A stretch of 64,000 nucleotides of DNA from contig CBDBZU010000004.1 of NCBI GenBank assembly GCA_965213625.1, positions 2,368,001-2,432,000 on the forward strand, read 5' to 3'. Each line of letters starts with the position of its first letter. Positions within the stretch are counted from its first letter, which is position 1. Below, piece by piece: positions 22,184 to 31,551 of the stretch. Under the pieces are notes generated by a model. It was not told the origin of the DNA and made no database searches. It saw only the letters and a list, made by a program, of their open reading frames with translations. Position numbers and translations under genes: made by a program. The DNA is from a bacterium. GTDB taxonomy: Bacteria > UBA8248.

Positions 22184-24511
22184 TTACGCCTCTATGAAGG
22201 ATGGGGGTTGAAATGCGGTGATCTCGGGGAGTTCTTCCGCGTAGCGTTCCATCTCCACAAGCGCGCTGTGCGCGCTCGGACCCTGGCCGAGGCTGGAGGT
22301 TCCCTTGTCGGGCGTCAGTACGTTGGGGTTTCCGTGCTTGTCGAGAGCCCCGATTCTCCCGGGTTCCTGCGGGTCGTACCAGGCTCCCGTTGAAAGCTGG
22401 ATGACGCCCGGGAGCAGACCATCGGTGATAACGGCGCCTGCGAGAATCGAGCCTCGCTCGTTGAAGATCCTCACGACCTCTCCGCCTGCGATTCCTCTAG
22501 CTGCGGCGTCATCGGGGTGAATCCACACCGGTTCCCTGCCGTGAATCTTGCTTTCGAGACTGGTGGAGCCGTTGTCCATCTGGCCGTGGAGCCTCGTGCG
22601 CGGCTGGTTCGAGATCATGTGCAGCGGGAATTCCTCCGCCACCTCGCTACCCAGCCACTCGCGGGGTTCCAGCCATGCGGCGTGGGGCGGGCAATCGGCG
22701 TACCCGAAGCTCTCGATGCGTTCGGAAAATATCTCGATTTTCCCCGAGGGCGTCTTGAGCGGATTGCTCTCAGGTGTTTCCCTGAACTCGGCGAGATAGA
22801 CGTACGGCGTCTCCGGCGGGGCGACTTCCGTGTGCCCCGTCTCCCAGAAATGCTCGAACGTGTCGAGAACCACACCCTTGGCAGCGGCCTTCTGGCGCGC
22901 TTCCTCATAGATGTGGCGGAGCCATTCCAACTCGTCGCGGTCTTCGGTGAACGCGCTCTTGAAGCCGAGGCGTTCTGCGAGGTCGGCGAAAATGTCGAAA
23001 TCGTGACGGGCATCGCCCACCGGCTCGATCACCTTGTGCATGGCGAGTATGAAGCGATCCCTCGAACTCGAACCGACGTCGTTGCGCTCGAGCGTGGTGG
23101 TGGCGGGCAGCACGATGTCCGCATGGCGCGCCGTGGAGGTCCACCAGGGGTCGTGAACGACGATGGTTTCAGGCCTTTGCCACGCCCTCACCAGCCGGTT
23201 CAAATCCTGGTGGTGGTGGAAAGGATTGCCCCCGCACCAGTACACCATGCGGATGTCGGGGTAGGTGCGGCGCTCGCCGTTGAAGTCGTATTCTTCGCCC
23301 GGGTGGAGCATCATGTCCGCGATGCGGGCAACGGGAATGAAGCTGCCCGTCGGGTTTTTCCCAAAGTTCATTTTGACGGAGGGGATGTCCTCACGCGGCG
23401 TTCCGCGCCCGCCCATACTCCCGTAGCCGAAGCCGAACCCGCCGCCGGGCAGGCCGATTTGCCCGAGCATGGCGGCGAGCGTGATGGTCATCCAGAACGT
23501 CTGCTCGCCGTGATCCCCGCGCTGGAGCGACCAGTTCGTGTTGAGCATGGTTCGCGCGCCCGCCATGCGCCGGGCGAGGCTTCGGATGACGTCCGCCCCG
23601 ATCCCCGTGATGGGAGCTGCCCATTCCGCGCTCTTGGGCCGCCCGTCGGTCTTACCCGACAGATAGGCTTCGAACTTCTCGAACCCCACGCAGTAGCGCG
23701 CGAGGAAGTCCTTGTCGTGCAAATTCTCTTCCCAAAGCGTGTGGGCGAGGCCGAGCATGAGCGCCACGTCCGTATTGGGGCGTACGGCGAGCCACTGAGC
23801 GTCCAGTAAATCGGGCGCATCGTCTTTCAGGGGGCTTACGTTCACGAAATCCACCCCGTTCGCCTTCGCCCTTTCGAGCCAATGTTCCAGGGTGTGCTCT
23901 CCCGCGCCGCCAGCGGCCACTTGCGTGTTTTTGGCCGGGACGCCGCCGAACATGACGAACAGATTTGAGTCCTGCGCGATGCTGTCCCACGTCGTGATGG
24001 GGCCCGAGCAGGCGGTATTGTCCCCCAGGACGTGGGGTAGGATGACGTATCCGGCGGCGATGCTGTAGGTGGTCACCTGATCCGTAAAGCCGCCGAAGCA
24101 GTTGAAAAACCTCTTGACCAGCGTGTTCGCATGGTGAAAGCGGCCCGCGCTCGCCCAGCCGTATGAACCGGCGAAGATGGATTCGTTGCCGTGTCCGGCT
24201 ATGATGCGCCGGATTTCGTCGGCAATAGTCTTGAGGGCAAAATCCCAGGAGACGGGCACGAAAGGTTCGCCGCCACGCCCTTCGGACTTTTTCCCGGGGC
24301 CGCCCTCGAGCCAGCCCGCGCGGATCATAGGCTGGGAGACGCGGCTTTCGTCATAAACGGCATCCTGGATCGAATCGAGAATGGGGGAGGGCGCAGGGTC
24401 TTTGGCGAACGGCTCGAAACCCACCATGCGGCCATCACGTACGTGCGCCCGGAATGCGCCCCAGTGGGAACTGTGGTGACGTTTTTCAATTCCACTTTGC
24501 CCGTCGGGCAT
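22184..24511 (-). CDS. Molybdopterin S/N-oxide reductase (BisC/TorZ/DMSO reductase family), apparently cytoplasmic
   Basis: SSHWG, PMIRAGWL, SYGWASAGRFHH, TYS (Ser ligand), GGNPFHHHQD, HADIVLPATT, RLHGQ; no twin-arginine leader; GGAGG upstream of 24511. Confidence 0.9.
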   Translation of the reverse strand: MPDGQSGIEKRHHSSHWGAFRAHVRDGRMVGFEPFAKDPAPSPILDSIQDAVYDESRVSQPMIRAGWLEGGPGKKSEGRGGEPFVPVSWDFALKTIADEIRRIIAGHGNESIFAGSYGWASAGRFHHANTLVKRFFNCFGGFTDQVTTYSIAAGYVILPHVLGDNTACSGPITTWDSIAQDSNLFVMFGGVPAKNTQVAAGGAGEHTLEHWLERAKANGVDFVNVSPLKDDAPDLLDAQWLAVRPNTDVALMLGLAHTLWEENLHDKDFLARYCVGFEKFEAYLSGKTDGRPKSAEWAAPITGIGADVIRSLARRMAGARTMLNTNWSLQRGDHGEQTFWMTITLAAMLGQIGLPGGGFGFGYGSMGGRGTPREDIPSVKMNFGKNPTGSFIPVARIADMMLHPGEEYDFNGERRTYPDIRMVYWCGGNPFHHHQDLNRLVRAWQRPETIVVHDPWWTSTARHADIVLPATTTLERNDVGSSSRDRFILAMHKVIEPVGDARHDFDIFADLAERLGFKSAFTEDRDELEWLRHIYEEARQKAAAKGVVLDTFEHFWETGHTEVAPPETPYVYLAEFRETPESNPLKTPSGKIEIFSERIESFGYADCPPHAAWLEPREWLGSEVAEEFPLHMISNQPRTRLHGQMDNGSTSLESKIHGREPVWIHPDDAAARGIAGGEVVRIFNERGSILAGAVITDGLLPGVIQLSTGAWYDPQEPGRIGALDKHGNPNVLTPDKGTSSLGQGPSAHSALVEMERYAEELPEITAFQPPSFIEA

Positions 24512-24704
24512 CAGATGATTTCCTCCGCGATATCGGATCGGACCCATGATTTGATGTGCATTAAACGCAGTATATCACGAGTGGGAGACAAGTCCCCCCG
24601 ACCTGGCGTTCCAAGCGTCCAACACTGGTAACGGGATGATTTTAAGGCGAGAATATGCCATTGTTCCACCTTCTGAGTTCAAATTTTCTGATTTGGAGAA
24701 TCTC

Positions 24705-25190
24705 ATGGATTTGCTCACGCGAATGGCCGGTGAAATCGGGCAATTGCTGAAGGATAAGGGACAGACGGTCGCCGTTTCGGAAACGTCTGCCGGTGGCCTG
24801 GTGTCGGCCGCTCTGCTCGCCGTTCCGGGGGCTTCGGCCTACTACATGGGCGGCGGCGTGCTCTACACCTACGATTCGAGGAGCATCCTGCTCGGCTTGC
24901 CCGAGGACGCCTTCGAGGGTATGCGGCCGAGCACGGAGCCCTACGCGGCGAAGCTGGCCGGGGCGATAAAAGACAGGCTGGGGTCGACCTGGGGCGTGTC
25001 CGAAACAGGAGCGGCAGGCCCTGCGGGAAACAGGTACGGGGATGCGCCGGGGCATTCGTGCATGGCGGTTTCCGGTCCGGTGGATATGGTGATGACGCTG
25101 GAGACGGGCAGTGCGGAGAGGGAAGCGAACATGTGGGCGTTCGCGGAGGCGACGCTCGGCCAGCTCAAAGAGGCAATCGAACAAAGCTAA
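24705..25190 (+). CDS. CinA C-terminal / PncC family protein
   Basis: VAVSETSAGGLV, VPGASAYY.GG...Y, SETGAAGP. Confidence 0.85.
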   Translation: MDLLTRMAGEIGQLLKDKGQTVAVSETSAGGLVSAALLAVPGASAYYMGGGVLYTYDSRSILLGLPEDAFEGMRPSTEPYAAKLAGAIKDRLGSTWGVSETGAAGPAGNRYGDAPGHSCMAVSGPVDMVMTLETGSAEREANMWAFAEATLGQLKEAIEQS

Positions 25191-25209
25191 CCATATGGAG
25201 AGATGCGTT

Positions 25210-26196
25210 ATGTTTCGTGCTCTGGTTTTGGAGGAAGCGGACGGGAAAGTCAGTTCAGCGATTCAGGAACTCGATGAGGCGAGTTTGCCGGATGGCGACG
25301 TGACGGTCGCTATCGATTATTCGACGCTCAACTATAAAGACGGGATGGTGCTGGGCGGCATCGGGCGACTGGTGCGAAATTATCCTCACATCGGGGGCAT
25401 CGATTTCGCAGGCACGGTGGAGAAGAGCGCGCACCCGGGTTACAGCCCCGGAGACAAGGTGATACTCACCGGCTGGCGGGTCGGCGAGGCGCACTGGGGG
25501 GGATATTCCCAAAAGGCGCGCGTCAAGGGAGACTGGCTGGTCCATCTGCCGGAGAATATGTCCACGAGACAGGCGATGGCGCTCGGCACGGCAGGCTTCA
25601 CGGCGATGCTGTCGGTTCAGGCGCTTGAAGACCACGGCATGGGCGTGGATGACGGGGAGGTGCTCGTCACAGGCGCCGCAGGCGGGGTGGGTTCGGTCGC
25701 CGTGGCCGTTCTTGCGGGTCAGGGGTATTCCGTCACCGCGTCGACGGGCAGGGAGGAGACCCACGGATATCTCGAATCACTGGGCGCTTCGACCATCATC
25801 GCCCGGAGCGAACTCGCCGAACCCACGAAACGCCCGCTCGATAGCGAGCGTTGGGCGGGGTGCATCGACTCGGTGGGCGGCACGACGCTGGCGCGCCTGC
25901 TCACGCAGATGAAATACAGAAGCTCGGTGGCGGCGGTGGGTCTGGCCGGCGGGAGCGGGCTCGATACGACGGTAATCCCCTTTCTCCTGCGCGGCGTGAA
26001 TCTCCTGGGCATCGAATCCGTCATGTGCCCGTTTGAGCCTCGTAAGAAGGCGTGGGCGCGGCTTGCGGAGGAGATGCCGATGAACAAGCTCGAATCCATG
26101 ATCTCAGAAGCGACGCTTTCCGATCTGGCGGGTCTTGGCGGTGACATTCTGAAGGGTCAGGTGCGGGGCCGCGTGGTCGTGGACGTGAACGCCTAG
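25210..26196 (+). CDS. acuI: Acryloyl-CoA reductase AcuI/YhdH (MDR family)
   Basis: YSTLNYKDG, GIDFAGTV, GTAGFTAM, VTGAAGGVGSVA, PFLLRGVNLLGI. Confidence 0.85.
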   Translation: MFRALVLEEADGKVSSAIQELDEASLPDGDVTVAIDYSTLNYKDGMVLGGIGRLVRNYPHIGGIDFAGTVEKSAHPGYSPGDKVILTGWRVGEAHWGGYSQKARVKGDWLVHLPENMSTRQAMALGTAGFTAMLSVQALEDHGMGVDDGEVLVTGAAGGVGSVAVAVLAGQGYSVTASTGREETHGYLESLGASTIIARSELAEPTKRPLDSERWAGCIDSVGGTTLARLLTQMKYRSSVAAVGLAGGSGLDTTVIPFLLRGVNLLGIESVMCPFEPRKKAWARLAEEMPMNKLESMISEATLSDLAGLGGDILKGQVRGRVVVDVNA

Positions 26197-26645
26197 GCGT
26201 TTCTTTTTTTCGTCAATTCGCGGTCCAAGGCCGCTGCGAATTTATGGCGATCCGCGGTGGCCATGGGCGGCGGGCCGCCCTGAACAAGGCCGCCCGAGCG
26301 CATATCCATCATGAAATTTCGTAAAGACAGCCGCTCACCCACGTTTTCCTCGTTGTAAACTTCTCCTCGCGGGTCGATGGTCAACGCGCCTTTTTCGACC
26401 GCCTTCGCCGCAAAGGGAACATCCGCGGTGATGACGAAATCACCGGCGGCCAAGTGATCGACGATATACTCATCGGCCACGTCCGCCCCGCCGGGGACCT
26501 GAATCATGGAGACAGAGGGAATATCCGGCGTCCTGAGCTTCATGTTGGCCACCAGCACGGTGGGAATATCGAGCCGATCGGCTGTTTTATAGAGAATCTC
26601 CTTGATGTCTTGCGGGCATGCATCGGCATCCACCCAGATTTTCAT
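26193..26645 (-). CDS. YaiI/YqxD (DUF188) family protein
   Basis: MKIWVDADACP, DVADEYI, VITADVP.A, PRG..Y. Confidence 0.88.
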   Translation of the reverse strand: MKIWVDADACPQDIKEILYKTADRLDIPTVLVANMKLRTPDIPSVSMIQVPGGADVADEYIVDHLAAGDFVITADVPFAAKAVEKGALTIDPRGEVYNEENVGERLSLRNFMMDMRSGGLVQGGPPPMATADRHKFAAALDRELTKKRNA

Positions 26646-26765
26646 GTGTTTTCCCTTTCATCGCCCTTAATCCCAGCAATTCCTTTATAGTATGATGCTT
26701 TTCAATCGAGATGCCCAATACGCTAGGCACAAGCGTCTGACATTTGTCTGCAGAAGGGGAAAGAG

Positions 26766-26981
26766 ATGGCGGAAAATCAAGAGGGTCATGAGAAAATTGC
26801 GGCGCGGATAAGCGAGATGGCCGATACAGTCTTTGGCGTGCCCCGGGATGAACTCGGCCTCAAGACGGCGGATGATTGCGCCCGGATGCTCCAGATTCTC
26901 TCAGGCACACCCGTAGAATCCACCGATGAGCCGTTTCTGCCCATGCTCGAAGAGCCGAAGGCCGATGAGGGTGCTAAATGA
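26766..26981 (+). CDS. Small acidic protein, GatC/AtzG-like position upstream of an amidase
   Basis: 71 aa, purine-rich SD region, ATGA overlap with the amidase, C-terminal DEP motif. Confidence 0.55.
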   Translation: MAENQEGHEKIAARISEMADTVFGVPRDELGLKTADDCARMLQILSGTPVESTDEPFLPMLEEPKADEGAK

Positions 26982-28321
26982 GTGAACACTGGCGGCTCTC
27001 ATTGAGTGATGGCTTAAGCAAGATGGAGAAGGGCGATCTCACCGCGACGGAGTGGGTGCGCTCTCTTTTTTCCCGCATCGACGCTTGTGAGGATAAGGTG
27101 AAAGCCTGGGTGCAGGTGGACACGCAAGGCGCTATTGAGGCGGCGAAGGCGATAGACGAGGCCCGAAACGTCGGGGAGGCGTTGGGTCCTCTGGCAGGCG
27201 CGCCTTATGCGGCCAAGGATATTTTCGGCATCCGGGGACTCAAGCTCGAAGCCGGAACGGAGATATTCAAGGGACAGACGGCTGCCGAGGACGCCGCTTG
27301 CGTGGCGCGCCTGCGGAGCGCGGGCGCGATTGCCCTGGGCAAAGCGGTGACGACGCCTTTCGCACAGGGAGACCCCTCCATCGCCCGCAATCCCTGGAAC
27401 ATCGAGCGAAGCCCGGGCGGGTCGAGCAGCGGCTCCGCCGCCGCCGTGGGCGCGGGCATGGTTCCCGCCGCGTTCGGCAGCCAGACGACGGGCTCCACGC
27501 TTCGTCCCGCCGCCTATTGCGGCGTACCGGGCCTGAAACCCACCTATGGACGGATACCCAGGACGGGCGTCATCGAAGTTTCGTGGAATTTCGATCACCC
27601 AGGAATCATCGCGCGCACCGTCGAGGACATCGCCAAAATCCTGGAGGTGGCGGCAGGTCCCGATGGCGCGGATCATAGCGCTGTGGATGCTTCGCCGCCC
27701 TCCGCCAACCAGACGCCCCGTAAGCCGGTGAAAATCGCCTATTTGAAGCATTTGCTCTCGCTTGCCAGCAAGGAAGTCGTCGAGTGGACCGAGCGAGCCG
27801 TAGCCCGAATAAAATCAACAGGTATCGACGTCGACGAGGTGGAGTTGCCCCTGAGCATGGATGAGATAAACGCGGCGCATTTCATCGCCCGGTGCGTGGA
27901 TACCGCAGCCTGCCATGAGGATTTGTACGCGGCGCACAAGGACGAACTGCCGCCTTACGTGCGCAGGAGCATGACGATCGGCTACATGGCGCCTGCTGTT
28001 CACTACGTGAAGGCGCTGCGCGTACGGACGAATTTTACCCGGAAAATGGACGATCTGATGAACCGCTACGACCTGTTCGTGCTGCCGAGTTTCGACGCGG
28101 GGCCGCCACCGTGGGCGGAATCCACCGGTGGGCCGGCCATGTTGCAGCCACTAACCTTTTCGGGGCAGCCCGCGATCACCCTGCCTATTGGACGCGGGGA
28201 CATGAATCTTCCCCTGGGTATCCAGTTCGGCGCGATGCGCTGCGGCGAGGAGAAGCTCCTGGCGATGGCGAAGTGGTTCGAGGACGAGATGGACTGGCGG
28301 GCGGCGTTTCCGGAATTTTAA
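26978..28321 (+). CDS. Amidase-signature family enzyme
   Basis: AKDIF, GKAVTT.FA, SPGGSSSGSAAAV, GSQTTGSTLRPAAYCG. Confidence 0.9.
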   Translation: MSEHWRLSLSDGLSKMEKGDLTATEWVRSLFSRIDACEDKVKAWVQVDTQGAIEAAKAIDEARNVGEALGPLAGAPYAAKDIFGIRGLKLEAGTEIFKGQTAAEDAACVARLRSAGAIALGKAVTTPFAQGDPSIARNPWNIERSPGGSSSGSAAAVGAGMVPAAFGSQTTGSTLRPAAYCGVPGLKPTYGRIPRTGVIEVSWNFDHPGIIARTVEDIAKILEVAAGPDGADHSAVDASPPSANQTPRKPVKIAYLKHLLSLASKEVVEWTERAVARIKSTGIDVDEVELPLSMDEINAAHFIARCVDTAACHEDLYAAHKDELPPYVRRSMTIGYMAPAVHYVKALRVRTNFTRKMDDLMNRYDLFVLPSFDAGPPPWAESTGGPAMLQPLTFSGQPAITLPIGRGDMNLPLGIQFGAMRCGEEKLLAMAKWFEDEMDWRAAFPEF

Positions 28322-28363
28322 GACTGCATACATTATTGAGTTCTTGACATTGAGGGGCCTGAA

Positions 28364-29509
28364 ATGAACGAGACGGGACTTGAAACGGCGGCGCAAGAAA
28401 CGACGGATGAGGTGAAGCTCAAAATGATAGATGCGGACATTCATCCGCGGATGAACGGCATGTACCAGCTTCACCCTTATCTTTCCGAGTCGTGGCGCAA
28501 GCGCATGGGCGTGGCGCCGCTCAGTTCCGCCAAAGACCCGACGACCGCGCGAAACGTCTTTTCGATACCCAAGCGCTGGTACTACCATCCCCACGGCGCG
28601 GAGCGTCCCGACGCCCTGCCGCCCGACGGCGGGAGACCGGGTTCCAGCCTCGACATGCTGCGCTCCCATCATCTGGACAAATACGGGGTCGACACCGGCA
28701 TTCTCATCGCAGGCGATCTGTTCGGCATCGGGGGACTGCCGGACGCCGACATGGCGGCTGCGTTCATCGCGGCGAACAACGACTGGCTGCTCCACGAGTG
28801 GTGCGAGCCGGAACCCCGGCTCAAGCTCGCGATTCACGTCGGCCCGCGCGACCCGGGGCTCGCCGTCAAGGAAATCGAGAGACTCGGCGCGCATCCCGCC
28901 GTGGTGCAGGTGCAGATTCCGCAGATGGACGTGCTGCTGGGAAACCGCCACTACTATCCCATCTACGAAGCCGCAGAAGCCATGGGGCTGCCCATCGGGA
29001 TGCACGGCGCGGGAGAGGGGGCGGGCGTGAACACGCCCATGAACCCCACGGGAATCCCCGCCTATTACATCGAGGTGCACACGGGCGCGGTGACGATTGC
29101 GCAGGCCCAGGTCATCAGCCTGGTGTGTGAGGGTGTGTTCGTGCGCTTCCCGAAGCTCAAGGTCGTTTTTCAGGAGATGGGCTACGCCTGGCTGCCGAGC
29201 ATCATGTGGCGCTTCGATCAGGAATGGCGCTCGCTGCGCGCCGAGGTGCCCTGGCTGGAGCGCCCGCCGAGTGAATACATCGTCGACCACATCCGGTTGA
29301 CCACGCAGCCCATCGCGGAGCCGCCCACGAACGAGGACCACCGCCAGATTCTCAGGATGGCGAAGGCGGAGAAGACGTTGCTGTTCGCGTCCGATTATCC
29401 GCATTGGGATTTCGACAATCCCCGGCAGGTTTTTCAGGAAGTCTCGGATGAACTCAGACGGCGCATCTACCACGAGAGCGCCGAGGAGCTCTACGGCCAC
29501 AAGCTATAG
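28364..29509 (+). CDS. Amidohydrolase_2 fold protein, probable dinuclear oxygenase (AibH/PtmU3-like)
   Basis: IDADIHP, YYPIYEAA...GLPIGMH, VFQEMG..W, LTTQP, FASDYPHWDFD. Confidence 0.8.
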   Translation: MNETGLETAAQETTDEVKLKMIDADIHPRMNGMYQLHPYLSESWRKRMGVAPLSSAKDPTTARNVFSIPKRWYYHPHGAERPDALPPDGGRPGSSLDMLRSHHLDKYGVDTGILIAGDLFGIGGLPDADMAAAFIAANNDWLLHEWCEPEPRLKLAIHVGPRDPGLAVKEIERLGAHPAVVQVQIPQMDVLLGNRHYYPIYEAAEAMGLPIGMHGAGEGAGVNTPMNPTGIPAYYIEVHTGAVTIAQAQVISLVCEGVFVRFPKLKVVFQEMGYAWLPSIMWRFDQEWRSLRAEVPWLERPPSEYIVDHIRLTTQPIAEPPTNEDHRQILRMAKAEKTLLFASDYPHWDFDNPRQVFQEVSDELRRRIYHESAEELYGHKL

Positions 29510-29550
29510 TCCAAAGGCCGCGAATGCCGACCAAAGAGAGAGAAGATATT

Positions 29551-29960
29551 ACTCCTCCCTTGAGGGGTCGGGCTTCCCGAGGGGAAAGCCCGAAGAAAAA
29601 GACCCCTTTTTAGGGGGTAGAGGCGATGCCCCCCGACAAGGGGGGTCGGGGGGTTACTCCCTTGAAAAAGCCCTTGCCGTCTCATCCTGAGTAGCGGTGA
29701 AGCCGCGTATCGAAGGATGCCCTCTCGCCCGACGCGAGGCGTTCGACTCTCCTCGCCCTTCGATATAAACGCTCCTTTATCAGTCGCGTTTTACCTTCGG
29801 CGGCTACTCAGGGTGAAGATAGAGGTGTTGGCGGTTGTAGGGACAACCCTCCGAGGTTGTCCTTTTCCAGGATGGTTGCAATCAGGACAGGCACGGAGGC
29901 CTGTCCCTACGGGATCATCACATCGCCGACCGGGGGATACATGGACTTTTTCAACAGATC
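29551..29960. repeat. Composite intergenic repeat cluster
   Basis: CCCTTGAGGGG half-element, CCCCGACAAGGGGGG fragment, TTGAAAAAGCCC...GGACTTTTTCAACAG shell, TCATCCTGAGTAG...CTACTCAGGGTGA palindrome, GTAGGGAC...GTCCCTAC REP doublet. Confidence 0.75.
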
Positions 29961-30012
29961 TTAAATGGGTGGGGCTTTCAAATGGCTGAATGGCCGGTGA
30001 TGCCTGCCGGTA

Positions 30013-31107
30013 TTACAGATCGAGGCGGAATTTGTGGACCGCCTCCTCATTCACTTCCACGCCCAGGCCCGGACCCTCGGGAACCTTGACGACCCCGCCT
30101 TCCGCCACGAAGCCGGTGACGATGTCCTCATCGTGCCAGGCGGGGGCCTTGCCGGATTCGTTGTAGACGATTGATGGGGTCGAGGCGAACAGGTGCGCGC
30201 AGGCGGCGTCGTTCAGCGCGCTGTGGATGACGCTGCCGCAAATGCCCTCGATGCCGTGAATCTCGATGAGGGCGGCGGCCTTTTTTGCGTGCAGCAGCCC
30301 GCCCTCGCGGTTCACCTTCAAATTCACGATATCGGCGGCGCGCCTGCGGGCGATTTCGGCCAGATAGTCGGGCCGGAACGACTCGTCCGCACAGATGGGT
30401 ATGCGCGTGTTCTTGTTGACGAATTCCAGGCCGTCGAGATCGTTGCCGGGCACGGGCTGCTCAAGCATGGTGATGCCGTACTCCTCGATGCGCGCGCACA
30501 TCTGCACGGCGAGTTTGGGCGTCCAGCTCATGTTCGCGTCGACGACGATGTGGGCCTCATCCCCGGCCGCCTCCCTGGCCGCCGCGACGCGCGCGATGCT
30601 TGTCTTCGTGTCGCGATTCATCTTCACCTTGAACGAGGTGATGCCCAGAGCCATGGATTCCGCCGCGAGTTCGGCGGTTCGCTCGGGTGATTCCAAGGGC
30701 AGGATGTCGAAGGCGGGCATTTCGTCCCTGATTTTTCCGCCCAGCAGATCGTAGACCGGGCAGCCCAGCAAGCGCCCGATGAGATCGTGCACGGCGCAGT
30801 CGATTGCCGCTTTGGGGGAATAGTGGAAGGGAATGGCCTTTTCCATCTTGTGGACAATGAGTTCCCTATCGAAGGGGTTGCAATCGGCGACTGCGGGAAC
30901 CAGGTATTCATCGAGAATCTGATACGCGCTCTTGAGCGTTTCCCCGGTGGGAAACGAGCGCAGCGGCGCCCCTCCCCAGCCGGAAACGCCGTCGCAGGTG
31001 ATTTTTACGACGATGTCTTCTGAATGCGTCGCCATGCGCGTGGCGCTCTTATAGGGGTGGTTCAAGGGGATGGCGACGGGGAAGAGTTCTATTTTCTCGA
31101 TTTTCAT
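30013..31107 (-). CDS. Enolase superfamily (muconate cycloisomerase / dipeptide epimerase-like)
   Basis: KAAIDCA.HDL, FKVK, DAN..W, EQP, ADES, NLK, PEGPGLG. Confidence 0.88.
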   Translation of the reverse strand: MKIEKIELFPVAIPLNHPYKSATRMATHSEDIVVKITCDGVSGWGGAPLRSFPTGETLKSAYQILDEYLVPAVADCNPFDRELIVHKMEKAIPFHYSPKAAIDCAVHDLIGRLLGCPVYDLLGGKIRDEMPAFDILPLESPERTAELAAESMALGITSFKVKMNRDTKTSIARVAAAREAAGDEAHIVVDANMSWTPKLAVQMCARIEEYGITMLEQPVPGNDLDGLEFVNKNTRIPICADESFRPDYLAEIARRRAADIVNLKVNREGGLLHAKKAAALIEIHGIEGICGSVIHSALNDAACAHLFASTPSIVYNESGKAPAWHDEDIVTGFVAEGGVVKVPEGPGLGVEVNEEAVHKFRLDL

Positions 31108-31135
31108 TTGCGCTTCAGGCTCCTGTGGCGGGGAA

Positions 31136-31534
31136 TCACACGTGCAGCATCACCAGATCTTTTTCGAGCGTGACCTCATACGTTTCGATGGAGGGGTCTT
31201 CTTCCGCCTCGAGCGTGACCTCATAGGTTTTGACGCGCATTTTGTGGGGGTTGAAGACCGAGCGCCCGTTCGTGATGTCGAACTCCCAGCAATGCCAGGG
31301 ACACACGAGTACCTGCTCGTCCATCACGTAGTCATAGGTATGGGGCCTGGATGACTTCATGGTCCCCTTGACCTTGCCCAGGCAAAGCGGCGCGCCCTGG
31401 TGCGGGCAGGAGTTCCTGACCGCGTAGAGGGAATTCTTGATGTTGAACACGCCGATGGAGCGACCCTCGACCTCGACTATCTTCCGCTCACCGGGGGGCA
31501 AGTCCGATATTTTGCACACCATGTGTTTCGCCAT
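31136..31534 (-). CDS. Rieske [2Fe-2S] protein
   Basis: CPHQGAPL...CPWHCWEF; duplicated TYEVTLE at the C-terminus. Confidence 0.9.
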   Translation of the reverse strand: MAKHMVCKISDLPPGERKIVEVEGRSIGVFNIKNSLYAVRNSCPHQGAPLCLGKVKGTMKSSRPHTYDYVMDEQVLVCPWHCWEFDITNGRSVFNPHKMRVKTYEVTLEAEEDPSIETYEVTLEKDLVMLHV

Positions 31535-31551
31535 TCGCGATTCGCCCCGAC

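Noticed and set aside
29448-29989. Short ORFs across repeat clusters (also 20519-20895, 43838-44490, 49064-49285, 51623-52085, 53645-54095)
   Set aside because: They are translations of palindromic repeats with no recognisable motifs or SD sequences.
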